Both the position numbers and the translations under genes were made by a program. Shown here in pieces: positions 39,549 to 50,400 of a DNA stretch of 64,000 bases. Position 1 is the first letter of the stretch. Each line of letters starts with the position of its first letter. The stretch is taken from the NCBI GenBank assembly GCA_042568575.1, contig JBHPIO010000001.1, positions 96,001 through 160,000 on the forward strand. The letters are read 5' to 3'. Under the pieces are notes generated by a model that saw only the letters and a list, made by a program, of their open reading frames with translations, was not told the DNA's origin and did not search any database. This DNA comes from Patescibacteria group bacterium. GTDB taxonomy: Bacteria > Patescibacteriota > Gracilibacteria > UBA1369 > PNNO01.

Positions 39549-39891
39549 ATTCCCGAATCTTCTTTGGAAGTTTCGCAAAAACAAGTTCATACGAATGATC
39601 GACAAGTTCTCTAACCAGCTTGTCGGTCATTTCTTTTTCCTCAACACTCACTGTATTCCAATGGTCCTTATTCATGTGATAACCGGGCACAACAGCCTTG
39701 TGCTTTTGTCGCAACGCCATCGCAAAAATAGGATCGCATTTGAGGTTCACAGTACACGGAGTTTTGTTGATATTCGTTAGAGCAAACATTTTGCCACTAA
39801 CACGAAAAACAAGCGTCTCGTGATCAAATGGAAAGTCACAAGTAGCTTTCGGCTTTGAAAGACAATGTTTTTTAAGTTGATTGATGTTCAT
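39538..39891 (-). CDS. MmcQ/YjbR family DNA-binding protein
   Basis: PF....VFRV.GKMFA, NLKCDP, PGYHMNK.HWNTV, SYELV. Confidence 0.92.
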   Translation of the reverse strand: MNINQLKKHCLSKPKATCDFPFDHETLVFRVSGKMFALTNINKTPCTVNLKCDPIFAMALRQKHKAVVPGYHMNKDHWNTVSVEEKEMTDKLVRELVDHSYELVFAKLPKKIRESIR

Positions 39892-40126
39892 CAGGTGAAC
39901 TTAAGGCTATTGCTCTAATGGATATTCTCTTTCCGTCTGCCACAGATTCCTTCATACATCCTATTAACGCATTAATGCCACGACGCTCGAATTTGCTTAC
40001 AAATTCTGCAACAATTATTGCAGGATCTTCCTCTGGATATCTTTTTGGAGTTTCGAAATCAGTTTCGCCATCTCTTCCCAATGCAATTTCTATTCTAGCC
40101 ATCTCTTCGTCTAAAATTGTGAACAT
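39872..40126 (-). CDS. hypothetical protein
   Basis: 84-aa ORF with an upstream TTGACA..TATAAT promoter at about 40161-40188. Confidence 0.45.
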   Translation of the reverse strand: MFTILDEEMARIEIALGRDGETDFETPKRYPEEDPAIIVAEFVSKFERRGINALIGCMKESVADGKRISIRAIALSSPDEHQST

Positions 40127-40202
40127 AATAATTTTGGTAATATTTGATTAAAGGAGATGATTATATTTGATCACCAGATTATGTCAAGCAATGTTTGATA
40201 TC

Positions 40203-42974
40203 TTATTTCTTTTTATCTGCATCTTCCTTCTTTGGCGTCTCCGGCTTTTTCTCAGCAGCAGGCTTCTTATCCGCTACAGGCTTCTTTGGCGCATCACTCT
40301 TCAGCGCAGGTTTCTTATCACTAGGCTTCGCTTCTGGAAGTTCTCTCTTTGGTGGCGGTGAACTCCATCTTTTAATTTTATCCTCAACCATCTCACGTTT
40401 TGATGTATATCGTTCACGAACTACTTTCAAAATCTTATCACGACGACCTTCTTCAACATCATACTCGGGCGGTGGCAATGTATCGTACGAGAATGTCTTT
40501 GATGGCATTCCATCAACCAGAACCTTACTGTACGCGGTATATTTGCTCAAATTAACTAAATCGTTCGGAAGTGCCTCTTCACCAAACTGCGAAGATAGAT
40601 ATTCAGCATCATCAAATCCAACCTGGAATGAAATTGTAGATCCCACATTACCAAACACAGCATCACGAACTTCATCCGGCATTTGCGCAATATACTGATT
40701 CGCCATTGTTAAATTCAAATGATATTTTCGAGCCTCGGAAAGAATTGTCGCAAACGACTCTGTAGCAAAATTCTGGAACTCATCCACATATAAATAGAAA
40801 TCTTTACGATCTTTTTCAGGAATATCAGCACGACTCATCGCATCGATCTGGAACTTTGTAATAAGCATCGCACCAAGAAGCTGCGAATTGTCTTCACCAA
40901 GTTTACCTTTAGATAAATTCACAATAATGATCTTTCCACGATCCATCGCAAATCTCAAATTAACAGTTGATTTTGGCTGTCCCACAATATTTCTAATAAT
41001 TGGACTCGCAAGGAACTGACCCACTTTATTCAAAATAGGAGAAATCGCCTCAACACGCATTCTATCCTGCATAACTTCAAATTCCTTTTCCCAGAAAGCC
41101 TTCACAACTGGATCTTCAATCTTGCGCACAACTTTACGTCTAAAATCACGATCCTGAAGGATTCGCGTAATTCCAAGCATCGTTGTATTCGGATATTCAA
41201 GTAACGAAAGAATTGTGTTCCTTAATATATGTTCAAGACGTGGACCCCAACTATCCGCATAAATCTTTTTAAAGATTCCAACAAGTCCGGAAGAAATAAT
41301 CGTATTTAAAGAAGGATCAGCTGTTTCCAGCATATTAAACGCAATAGGGAAATCACGATCTGAAGGATCAAACACAATCACATCATTTGTTCTCTCCGGC
41401 GGGATATAGTTCAAAACAGCATCGGCAAGATCTCCATGAGGATCAATCACACCAACACCTTTCCCGGCCTTTATATCTGAAAAAATCATATTCTCGAGCA
41501 GAGTCGTTTTACCCATCCCGGTCTTCCCAATAATGTACATGTGACGACGCCTATCTAACGTTTTGATTCCAAATGTTTCCTTAATTCCTCTAAAGTTTGT
41601 TCGCCCAAGTGTTGTAAGCTCTCCCTGCTCCCTTCCAAGTATAGGAAGATCAACAGGCGGCTCAAGCTTTCGCGATTTCACCCAATAAATGTTTGGTGTT
41701 GAAACCGACATATTCGGTAAATGATAAATTGTCGCAAGCTCCTCAACATTCAATACAAAAGGATCATCAATCACACGATGACGATACCTATCAATTGCAT
41801 CTTTGCCTTTAATATATTGTCCGATTTTAAATCCGTTTAATTGCGGTATATTAAACTGTTTAAACGAACCTGCAATTTCCCGAAGTTTAATTTTTGCAGC
41901 CTCTGGGTTTTTATCTTTTTGAACATAAACTATTCTGATGTTTGCTTCATAAAGCAGCTTAACTACCTTATCCATCGCAGCAGAAGTTGAGGTTTCTCTT
42001 TCATGACTTCTTGAAGTTAAATCTTCGATATCCTGCTCACTACCACCCGAATCTGCAGTACTCTGAAAAGACATCTTAGTACCAGCCTTAAGTCCATGAA
42101 TCCACAAAATAAAATAAACAGGAAAGAAAACAATTCTCTTTAATCTGCTTCGTGTACAAAAAACTCTAGTGTAAGCCTTTTGAAAAGTCTCAATGTTAGA
42201 CCAAATTCCTTTTCCGACTATACGAACACATTTTGTAAAAAGAACTCTCCATTTATCAGAAAGCGGACGAACAACAACCTGCACCCAGGCCTGCTCATTT
42301 ACATCATATAGTTTCGCAAGCGTTGCTGTAATTCCCGAAATCGGATCAACTGAAGTTCTTGTAATCTTATCTTCCAATTGAACGTAACGTTTTACCGGGA
42401 AAATATCCGGATCTGTAAAAGTAAGTTCAACTCCAACACTATTCTTATATAGATCATAATTCTCAAAATGCCTTTTCTTCTGAATTGGTGGAAGGCTATC
42501 TATAGCAATCATTGCCTTTTCTTCTGTTTGATGTGCCTGACCCACAACTGGAGCCTGCGCAATCTCAATTTCTTGTGGCGAAGCATAATCCTCTACTTCA
42601 TTGATCTCGACATCAGGATATTGCGCATAAATCTGTCCTTCAATAAAATTCTTATATTTTGCGGGAAATGAGAAGTAAAATTTAATATGACTTCCGATAT
42701 TCGCAATTTCAAGACTTATCCTGTCCTGAGAAGCACCAAACAATCGTTTCCAAAAAGATATCTTCTTGTATATTCCGTGAAGCGACGAAAATATCTGCTC
42801 GGCTACAATTGGCCCTGTTTCGTTTTCTTTGGAGACGCGCACCTCTAGAATTGTGAACTTTTTTGTGAATTGACGCTTTTCCTGAAGCTTTCTTGCAAAA
42901 AGTTCTAGCAAAATTAGGAGTACGTATACACCTATTAAAATAATTCCGATTGTTGCGATTAGAGACATATCCAT
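40203..42974 (-). CDS. VirD4/TraD/HerA-like P-loop ATPase with N-terminal TM
   Basis: RRHMYIIGKTGMGKT, DPHGD, WGPRLE, LYVDEFQNF, LSEARKY, NQY; Lys/Pro/Ala-rich tail. Confidence 0.88.
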   Translation of the reverse strand: MDMSLIATIGIILIGVYVLLILLELFARKLQEKRQFTKKFTILEVRVSKENETGPIVAEQIFSSLHGIYKKISFWKRLFGASQDRISLEIANIGSHIKFYFSFPAKYKNFIEGQIYAQYPDVEINEVEDYASPQEIEIAQAPVVGQAHQTEEKAMIAIDSLPPIQKKRHFENYDLYKNSVGVELTFTDPDIFPVKRYVQLEDKITRTSVDPISGITATLAKLYDVNEQAWVQVVVRPLSDKWRVLFTKCVRIVGKGIWSNIETFQKAYTRVFCTRSRLKRIVFFPVYFILWIHGLKAGTKMSFQSTADSGGSEQDIEDLTSRSHERETSTSAAMDKVVKLLYEANIRIVYVQKDKNPEAAKIKLREIAGSFKQFNIPQLNGFKIGQYIKGKDAIDRYRHRVIDDPFVLNVEELATIYHLPNMSVSTPNIYWVKSRKLEPPVDLPILGREQGELTTLGRTNFRGIKETFGIKTLDRRRHMYIIGKTGMGKTTLLENMIFSDIKAGKGVGVIDPHGDLADAVLNYIPPERTNDVIVFDPSDRDFPIAFNMLETADPSLNTIISSGLVGIFKKIYADSWGPRLEHILRNTILSLLEYPNTTMLGITRILQDRDFRRKVVRKIEDPVVKAFWEKEFEVMQDRMRVEAISPILNKVGQFLASPIIRNIVGQPKSTVNLRFAMDRGKIIIVNLSKGKLGEDNSQLLGAMLITKFQIDAMSRADIPEKDRKDFYLYVDEFQNFATESFATILSEARKYHLNLTMANQYIAQMPDEVRDAVFGNVGSTISFQVGFDDAEYLSSQFGEEALPNDLVNLSKYTAYSKVLVDGMPSKTFSYDTLPPPEYDVEEGRRDKILKVVRERYTSKREMVEDKIKRWSSPPPKRELPEAKPSDKKPALKSDAPKKPVADKKPAAEKKPETPKKEDADKKK

Positions 42975-43015
42975 CTAGTAGCTCTCGTTATTAAGAGTAT
43001 GTCTCCCCTATTATT

Positions 43016-43471
43016 TTATTTCCCCTGTTTCCCTGTAAGTAAGTTTAGATAATTTTGAAGAATAAGTGAAGCGGCAATTATATCTTGCTCTTGTTTTTTA
43101 ACATTTTTCTTGGATTTTCCGCTCCCTTTCACTCCAAGAGTGTATAATATAGCATCACTTTCCGCACTTGTCAACCGCTCATCGTTATAATTTACTGGCA
43201 AGCCAATCTGACTCTCTAAAACATCTCCGAATTGTTCTACTTTACGTGTTTGTGCAGTCTCTTCGCCATCCATATTTAATGGCAGACCAATAACTATTTC
43301 AACCACTTTTTCACTATCGCAAATCTCCTTAATTTGTTTAATCACAGATTCCCGTGATTTATTTTTAATTAAAACACGGCCAAAAGCGACTGTTTGTGAT
43401 TCATCACTAATAGCGACCCCAATCTTGGCATCGCCATAGTCAATTCCAAGGACTTTTCCTTTATCTGGCAT
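43016..43471 (-). CDS. ruvX: Holliday junction resolvase-like / pre-16S rRNA nuclease YqgF
   Basis: LGIDYG..KIGVA.SD, IGLPLNMDG, DERLTS, D..AASLILQ.YL. Confidence 0.93.
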   Translation of the reverse strand: MPDKGKVLGIDYGDAKIGVAISDESQTVAFGRVLIKNKSRESVIKQIKEICDSEKVVEIVIGLPLNMDGEETAQTRKVEQFGDVLESQIGLPVNYNDERLTSAESDAILYTLGVKGSGKSKKNVKKQEQDIIAASLILQNYLNLLTGKQGK

Positions 43472-43917
43472 TATTTACCTTTTATTTCAACTTTAACCTT
43501 TGCGTGAACTTCGTCTGTAAGCTTTACAGTAACTTTGTGCTTTCCAACAGTCTTAATATGTTCAGCCATGTCGATCTGTTTCTTCTTAAGTTTAACTTTC
43601 CCTTGTTCTTCAAGAGCTTTAACAAGTTCTTTTTCACCAATTGATCCGTAAAGTGTATCTTTGTCAGTTGTTTTTTCTTCAAACGTAATAGTTAATCCTT
43701 CAAGCTTCTTTTTGATTTCTTCTGCATTTTTCACAACTTCTTCTTTTTCTTTAACTGACTGTTCTTGCAATTTTTTAGCCCATTCAAGCAAGTTAGGGTT
43801 TGCAACCTTCGCTACTTTGCGAGGAGCAAGAAAATTTCGATAGTATCCGTCTTTAACGTTTTTAACATCTCCTTTTTTCCCGAGATTCTCAACGTTTTTA
43901 GTTAATATAATCTGCAT
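43471..43917 (-). CDS. rplI: 50S ribosomal protein L9
   Basis: LGKKGDV..VKDGY.RNFL.P, LYGSI, IKT.G.H. Confidence 0.95.
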   Translation of the reverse strand: MQIILTKNVENLGKKGDVKNVKDGYYRNFLAPRKVAKVANPNLLEWAKKLQEQSVKEKEEVVKNAEEIKKKLEGLTITFEEKTTDKDTLYGSIGEKELVKALEEQGKVKLKKKQIDMAEHIKTVGKHKVTVKLTDEVHAKVKVEIKGK

Positions 43918-44066
43918 CTTATTTAATATTTAGATTGTAAAAATAAAGCAGGGATACGATAGAGGAAAAACACGTTGTTGTAAATGGAAAATTTATTTAA
44001 ATTTGGGAAAGCTTCCGACCGAAAGGTGGGACGACTGCCGGCAGGAACCTGCGGCGGGACGTACGG

Positions 44067-44267
44067 TCATTTAGAACGACCGGAAGCTTGGGAAGGGCCA
44101 TGAATCGCCCTCGACAGGGAGAAACCTTCTTCTCCCAGGCGCGGGACCTGTGCTCGTAGGATCTGCCATCTCCTTTCGCGCTGTTTTGGAGTTCTGGCAC
44201 TATCGGCTTGATATGCCATCCCCAACAAATTCCATGATCTACACATCAGCGTTCTTTCACTCGGCAT
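44067..44267 (-). CDS. high-GC small basic hypothetical protein (66 aa)
   Basis: GAGGAGGTG SD before ATG at 44267; promoter upstream; high GC. Confidence 0.55.
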   Translation of the reverse strand: MPSERTLMCRSWNLLGMAYQADSARTPKQRERRWQILRAQVPRLGEEGFSLSRAIHGPSQASGRSK

Positions 44268-44315
44268 CGTCACCTCCTCGAGAAATACATGCCCTTGTTT
44301 ATAGAAACCATACGA

Positions 44316-44343
44316 ATTCTAATAGTTATTAGTAATTTGTCAA
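44316..44343 (-). promoter_or_regulatory. sigma70 promoter
   Basis: TTGACA-16 bp-TAGAAT. Confidence 0.65.
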
Positions 44344-44371
44344 GCTCCACCTGGGTGGAATCTAAAATTTC

Positions 44372-46240
44372 CTAATTAAAATACCACTCATCCAGCCTGC
44401 AAAATCTATCTGCAGGGAAAGCCAAATCCTCCATTTGAATACCACTAACTTTCCCGTCGCTGGCATAGTAATAAACCGGTCTGTAAAGGAAAATTGCCGG
44501 AATGTCATCCTGAATAACTTTTGCAAGTTGCTCTGATTTAGCCAGCTTTTCTTCATCATTAAACGTGTTTCGAATTTGTTCAATTAAAGTATCAACCTGG
44601 AAACTTTTGTAATTTGAAAGATTCAATCCAGTTTCTGACGCCTGAGTCGAATGCCAATATCCATAAAGATCCAGATTGTATCCAAGTCCCTGGCCAAACA
44701 AAAGCATGTCGTAGTCACGCGTTCGGATCTTTTCCTGCAAAGTTTCTGAATCGTAAAGCTCGATATTTAATTTAACTCCTGCCTTAGACCAGTTCTCTTC
44801 AAGATAATTAAGAACCGTAGCGGTTTCTGTGTATTTATAAGTGTTCTCCGGATATAAACGTGCAATTAAACGGAATTCCAACACTTGTCCGCCTGCATTC
44901 TTTCGTAGAATAGTTTTTTCCTCTTCTGGAAGTTCTTCCTCGACAGGCTCAGTAACCTCTTCAGTTGCCTCTTCAACGACTGGTTCATCAATCTCGACTG
45001 TATCAGTCTCCGCTGCAACCTCTTCGGTTGTGGCATCCTCAGCTGCCTCTTCCTCACTGGTTGCTTCTTCAGCCACCTCTTCAGCAGCAGCAGCTTCCTC
45101 AGCAGCAATTTCATCTTCTAAAACAAACTCTTTAAATCCTGCGTTATCTAAAAGCTTCATTGCATCATCCATGTTTGCTTTATATCGCCATTCAATTTGA
45201 TTCAAACTTAGAACCGGTGTTTCAACTGGAATCGTATTTGGAATTTGCTCACGGAATGCATCTTTAAAGATTGCCTTCTGTAATGCCTGCCTAACCTTCA
45301 AACTTTTAAGATTAGGATTTTCCATATTCATAAATACCGCATTATACTGCGGCAGAGAGTATCCATATAGAGAGAAACGCGAATCCTGTGAAACAGATTC
45401 AATAGCTTCGTCTGTTAATTTTGCAATCGCATTTATAGAATTTTTATTTTCCAACAAAACTTGCCTTGTAGGATATCCAAAGAACCGAATATTTTGAATT
45501 TGAGGCTTTACGTCATAATAATATTCAGACTGCTCAAGAACAACCTGCGTAACCCCTGTCATTGTATTTATTAAAGGAGAACTAATTTTATAAGGACCTG
45601 TCCCGATCGGATTAAAATTAAACTCATGAGTAAATAAATCCGCAACCAAAACGTCACCTAAAACATGTTGAGGCAAAATTCCAACATTCGTATTTGTTAT
45701 AAAGAAAGAATTTGGCGCGCTCAGTTTAAACGACACACTCATTTCGTCGATCTTGGTAATTTCAATTCCTTCAAAATTCGATTTTAATATTGGATTTTGG
45801 AAATCAGGAGCCTGAACAACATCATGGAAAGTAAAATAAACATCATCCGAGGTAACAGCCTCACCATCATGCCAAAAGAGCCCACTCCTTAAAGTGAATA
45901 TATAAGTTAAATGATCCTCGCTAATCACTACATCAGCCATGTCCGCAACTATTTTCTTTGTACTTGGATCGTATTTAGTAAGACCTGTGAATACTAACTC
46001 ACTCACATCTCTGTCAGACGCATTTAAATCAGCATAAACAGGGTTAATTCTCAATATGCTTGTCTGGAATCCTTCTGTATAAATACCTTCTGCACCTGCA
46101 ACCTGAACACCATATCCAAGTTTTCCATATACATATTTTCCTGCAATCGCTACAAAAGCTACAACAAGAATTATGCTCACGATCTTTTCAACGCCCGAAT
46201 ATGACTTTAGAACGCGGACAAATGTTGAGGGTTTCTTCAT
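44372..46240 (-). CDS. peptide ABC substrate-binding protein (family 5) with an acidic insertion
   Basis: YIFTLR...WHDG...TSDDV.FT, PIGTGPY, VRQAL, WHS.Q, LNLS.Y. Confidence 0.88.
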   Translation of the reverse strand: MKKPSTFVRVLKSYSGVEKIVSIILVVAFVAIAGKYVYGKLGYGVQVAGAEGIYTEGFQTSILRINPVYADLNASDRDVSELVFTGLTKYDPSTKKIVADMADVVISEDHLTYIFTLRSGLFWHDGEAVTSDDVYFTFHDVVQAPDFQNPILKSNFEGIEITKIDEMSVSFKLSAPNSFFITNTNVGILPQHVLGDVLVADLFTHEFNFNPIGTGPYKISSPLINTMTGVTQVVLEQSEYYYDVKPQIQNIRFFGYPTRQVLLENKNSINAIAKLTDEAIESVSQDSRFSLYGYSLPQYNAVFMNMENPNLKSLKVRQALQKAIFKDAFREQIPNTIPVETPVLSLNQIEWRYKANMDDAMKLLDNAGFKEFVLEDEIAAEEAAAAEEVAEEATSEEEAAEDATTEEVAAETDTVEIDEPVVEEATEEVTEPVEEELPEEEKTILRKNAGGQVLEFRLIARLYPENTYKYTETATVLNYLEENWSKAGVKLNIELYDSETLQEKIRTRDYDMLLFGQGLGYNLDLYGYWHSTQASETGLNLSNYKSFQVDTLIEQIRNTFNDEEKLAKSEQLAKVIQDDIPAIFLYRPVYYYASDGKVSGIQMEDLAFPADRFCRLDEWYFN

Positions 46241-46246
46241 ATACTC

Positions 46247-46462
46247 TTATACAAAAAGATATAAAACTGAACTTGCCACAAAGAGTACCGCAAAAATTAC
46301 AGTCAAATTGAAAAGAACCTTTTCAGCTCCTCTTTTACTAACATGAAATCCTCCAGATCCTCCAAAAGTTGCTGATAACCCAGCACTTCTTTGCTGTGAA
46401 AGGATCGAAAGAATTAAAAGTACTGATACTACGATTTGAAATAGATCTAGAAACGTTTTCAT
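46247..46462 (-). CDS. secG: preprotein translocase subunit SecG
   Basis: two TM; LSQQRSAGLSATFGGSG..RGAEK.L. Confidence 0.9.
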   Translation of the reverse strand: MKTFLDLFQIVVSVLLILSILSQQRSAGLSATFGGSGGFHVSKRGAEKVLFNLTVIFAVLFVASSVLYLFV

Positions 46463-46470
46463 ATTTTAAT

Positions 46471-46836
46471 TTATTTAAGAATAATGTTTTGCGCCCAGTT
46501 TATTAACCCGAGTACGATTCCTGCAAGCAAATAACTACCAATTCCAGTGAATACTAAAGTAACATCCTGAAACGCCATTGTATTGATAACCCACTGAGTA
46601 AGAAACAAAACTATCGCGTTGATTACAATCAAGAAGAGTCCAGCAGTCAAAACCACAAACGGAAGAGAAAAAATCTTCATAATCGGCTTAATAAAGGCAT
46701 TTATTAGCCCAATAATAACACCACCAATAATAAATAGTTTGAGACCACCTGTCCCAGTTACTTCATCAAGGAATTCGATTAACACATAAAGTGTTACTGC
46801 GTTAAGTGCTATACCTATTAATATGCGTTTAAGCAT
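46471..46836 (-). CDS. YvlD-like four-TM membrane protein (holin superfamily IV)
   Basis: GLINAFIKPI..SLP...TAGLFLIVINA. Confidence 0.85.
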   Translation of the reverse strand: MLKRILIGIALNAVTLYVLIEFLDEVTGTGGLKLFIIGGVIIGLINAFIKPIMKIFSLPFVVLTAGLFLIVINAIVLFLTQWVINTMAFQDVTLVFTGIGSYLLAGIVLGLINWAQNIILK

Positions 46837-46924
46837 GTCCTATGAGGTTTAATAAATAGTCGAGTGAAAGTATAGGGAAAATAGAGAAAAAATTCCAGTA
46901 GTTTTAATAATTATTAAAAAATTC

Positions 46925-46952
46925 TTGACGAATATCGAATTAGAACTATAAT
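46925..46952 (+). promoter_or_regulatory. sigma70 promoter
   Basis: TTGACG-16 bp-TATAAT. Confidence 0.7.
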
Positions 46953-47043
46953 GCGGCCAGTTGTAAATCTAAGCTCTTCGCAACTATGCGAAGGTGCAGG
47001 ATTCATGCATCGCTAATTCACAAACAGGACACGGAGGGAAAGA

Positions 47044-47340
47044 ATGCAGCGTTTCAGGATTGTGAACCATCAGCAAAACCCCGACATGACAGCACTAAGT
47101 CAGAAGAAAAAGAAGTTGCGCTTCTCATTTGCCGTCCAAATCGATGCGGGTGGCAAAGATCGACCGCCCATCACGAAGATGATCACTGTGAAGGCTTCGA
47201 CAGTGACTCGCAAGAACGGGAAATTCGTGATCAAGGCGCAAGTCCAGAGCTCGTCAGCCGCAGAGATCGCCAAAGGTGCGGCCGTGAAAGTGAGCAGCTA
47301 CAGCCCCAACCTCAAAAACGGGGATCTTACGGTCAACTAG
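47044..47340 (+). CDS. high-GC small basic hypothetical protein (98 aa)
   Basis: GGAGG SD at 47033; GC-ending codons; beta-rich, Lys-rich. Confidence 0.65.
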   Translation: MQRFRIVNHQQNPDMTALSQKKKKLRFSFAVQIDAGGKDRPPITKMITVKASTVTRKNGKFVIKAQVQSSSAAEIAKGAAVKVSSYSPNLKNGDLTVN

Positions 47341-47440
47341 ACCACGGCTCACAGCGCCACTTCAAACGGACTCGGAATGCAAACACCCTTTAACTGCGTA
47401 GCGGTGCCTATCCAGCGGCACACAACCACAAAAAAATCAC

Positions 47441-47476
47441 AAAAGCGGATTAGATTGGAGGATGTGCCGCTTTTTG
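47441..47476. terminator. probable bidirectional terminator between 47044 and ileS
   Basis: AAAAGCGG ... CCGCTTTTT inverted repeat with a long loop. Confidence 0.5.
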
Positions 47477-47484
47477 TAATACGT

Positions 47485-50400
47485 CTACTTCTCCCTCCTT
47501 ACTCCAAGAACAACTTTATGTCCGTCAACTTCAACGGTTTCTTCTAATTCCCACGTAAATTCACTTCCTTGCTGCAATTCAAGTCCAAGGGTTTCTCGTT
47601 TAATGTAGTCAGCAAAATCAGTTACGGCTTGTTCGACATCTCCATCTGTTTTCACCTGAACATAGATGCGCTCAAACACCTCAAATCCCGCTTTCTTACG
47701 CATTTCCTGAATGTATCTGATGATTTCACGAGCATATCCTTCCGATTTTAATTCCGGCGTTATTGTTGTATCTAAAACAACAACAAATCCTGCTTCACCT
47801 TGGACGTCATATCCTTCTTTTCCTTCAAATCCAACTTCAAACTCGTCTTTTTCCAAAGTTACATCGCCAACTTTTATTCGTCCATCTTCAAGCTCTTCAA
47901 AATCACCAGATTTTACCGTTTGGATAATTTTTTGAACATCCTTTCCATGCTTTGGTCCAAGTTTTCGAGCATCCGGCCTAACAACTTTAGTAACGATATC
48001 CCCTACTTCAGTTAACACGTGAAGCTCTTTAACGTTTAGCTCTTCCGTAATAACATCCTTTGACGCCTCAACTATTGCATGATTTACGCTATCAGGCAGA
48101 CCAATTTGAACCTTAGCAAGCGGCTGACGCACCTTAACTCCACTTTTTGCCCTAACACTATGCCCAAGATTCACAATTCTTCTAACAACAGCCATTTCTT
48201 CATTGAGAGACTTATCAATCTTTTTCTTATCCGCAACAGGCCAATCACACAAATGAACCGACTCTTCACACGCCTTGCATGATTTGCTCAAATTTCTATA
48301 CATCTCATCCGCTACAAACGGCATAAAAGGAGCAATCAATTTTGAAAACTCTTTTAACACAACGTAAAGAGTTTGATATGCCTCGTTCTTATCATCATCA
48401 TTTTCCGATTTCCAAAAACGCCTTCGACTTCTTCGGATATACCAGTTCGACAAGTTATCAACAAATTCAATCATAGGACGAGTTCCTTTTGTAAGATTGT
48501 ATGCATCTAATTCCTTTGTCGACTCTTCAGTTAACTGGTGAAGCTCAGATATAATCCACTGATCCAATTTATGCTTTGGCTCAAAATCTCCATTTATCTT
48601 TCCAGGATGCCATTTGTCGATATTCGCATAAGTCACAAAGAAACTGTACGTATTCCATAGTGTTAATAAGAATTTCTTTATCATCTCATCAACATGCGCT
48701 TCCGAGAAACGAACATCTTCCGCAAGTGGCGCAGTCGACGAATAAAGGAAGAATCTAACTGCATCAACCCCTCGAGTATCAAAAAGCATATTCGGATCCG
48801 GATAATTCTTCTTTCGTTTTGAGAGTTTTTCTCCATCCGCAGCAAGAAGTATTCCGTTTACAATCACATTTTCAAAAGCCGACGAATCAAACAGGATAGT
48901 TGCAATCACATGCAGTGTATAAAACCATCCGCGAGTTTGATCGAGCCCTTCTGCAATAAACTGAGCAGGGAAATTCTTTTCAAACTCCTCTTTATTTTCA
49001 AAAGGATAATGAAGCTGCGCATACGGCATTGATCCACTTTCGAACCAACAATCAAGCACTTCGGGAATTCGTTTCATAGATTTTCCACACTTCTCACATT
49101 TAAGTTCAACACTATCAATATATGGCTTATGTAAATCCAAATCACCATGGCGCTCCGGGATTTTACCTCCCGATTTTTCCTTAAGATCATCAACAGATCC
49201 AACACAGGTTTTATGATCACATTCCGTACATTCCCAAATCGGAATTGGACATCCCCAGAATCTATTACGAGAAATCGCCCAATCTCGAGCTCCTTCAAGC
49301 CATTTTCCGAATCGTCCTTCCTGAATATGTTCAGGCTGCCAATGAATTTTCTTATTGTTAGCTTGAAGTTTATCTTTGATATCAGTAACACGAATGAACC
49401 ACGACTTAGTTGTAAAATTAAGCAGTGGAGTATCACATCTCCAACAATGAGGATACGAGTGACGATAATTTTCTTTGCTAAACAAAAGCCCTTCTTCGTG
49501 AAGCCACGTCATAATGTTTTGATCCTGACTTTTCACAAATTTTCCTGCCCACGGCTTAACATCATCAACAAAAGTTCCATCCATATGTACGTGTTGAAGC
49601 ACCTCAAGATCATGTTTCTGACCAAGATGCAGATCATCCTCACCAAACGCAGGAGCAATGTGTACAACACCAGTTCCATCCTCAGTCGACACAAAGTCGG
49701 CAAGCAAAATTACGTATGCTTTTTTCTCTAGTTTGCCTTCAAAAAACGGAAATAGAGGTTTGTACTCTTTTCCTTCAAGAGATTTTGGATCAACATCTTC
49801 CAAAACTTCATAAGGTGTATCCCCCATCACTTTTTCAACTAAATCTTTTGCAAGAATATATTTCTCATTTTCTACAGCAATTTTCACATATTTAACATCT
49901 CCTCCAAACGCAAGCGCAACATTCCCCGGAAGCGTCCAAGGAGTTGTTGTCCATGCAAGAACAAAGGTGTCCGACTCATCTTTTAATGGAAACTTAGCAA
50001 TCACAGAAAGATCCGTAACATCTTTGTATCCCTGACTCACCTCAAAATTCGATAAAGGCGTCTCGCATCTTGGACAAATGTGCATACTTTTGTGCCCCTG
50101 GTAAACCATATCTTTATCCCAAATCTGCTTAAATACCCACCAAATCGATTCCATGTAGTTATTCTCCAGTGTTGCATAACTCTCGCTTGTATCAACCCAT
50201 CGTCCGATTCTTCTTAGGAGCTTTTCCCATTCTTCCGTATACGTAAACACACTTGCACGACATTTGTCGTTAAAGTTCTCCAATCCATATTCTTCGATTT
50301 CTTTTTTACCTGAGATTTCTAGTTCTTTCTCAATTTCATATTCAACAGGAAGTCCATGACAATCCCAACCATTTGTTCGTGGAACGTAATATCCCTTCAT

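Noticed and set aside
40203-42974. Conjugative element suggested by the VirD4-like ATPase
   Set aside because: No relaxase, VirB genes or integrase; flanked by housekeeping genes with the same composition
46471-46836. Holin as a sign of a prophage
   Set aside because: YvlD-like genes are common chromosomal genes, and no phage genes are nearby
46986-47393. 135-aa overlapping ORF
   Set aside because: The 47044 frame has the SD and GC-ending codons; this frame looks like a high-GC shadow
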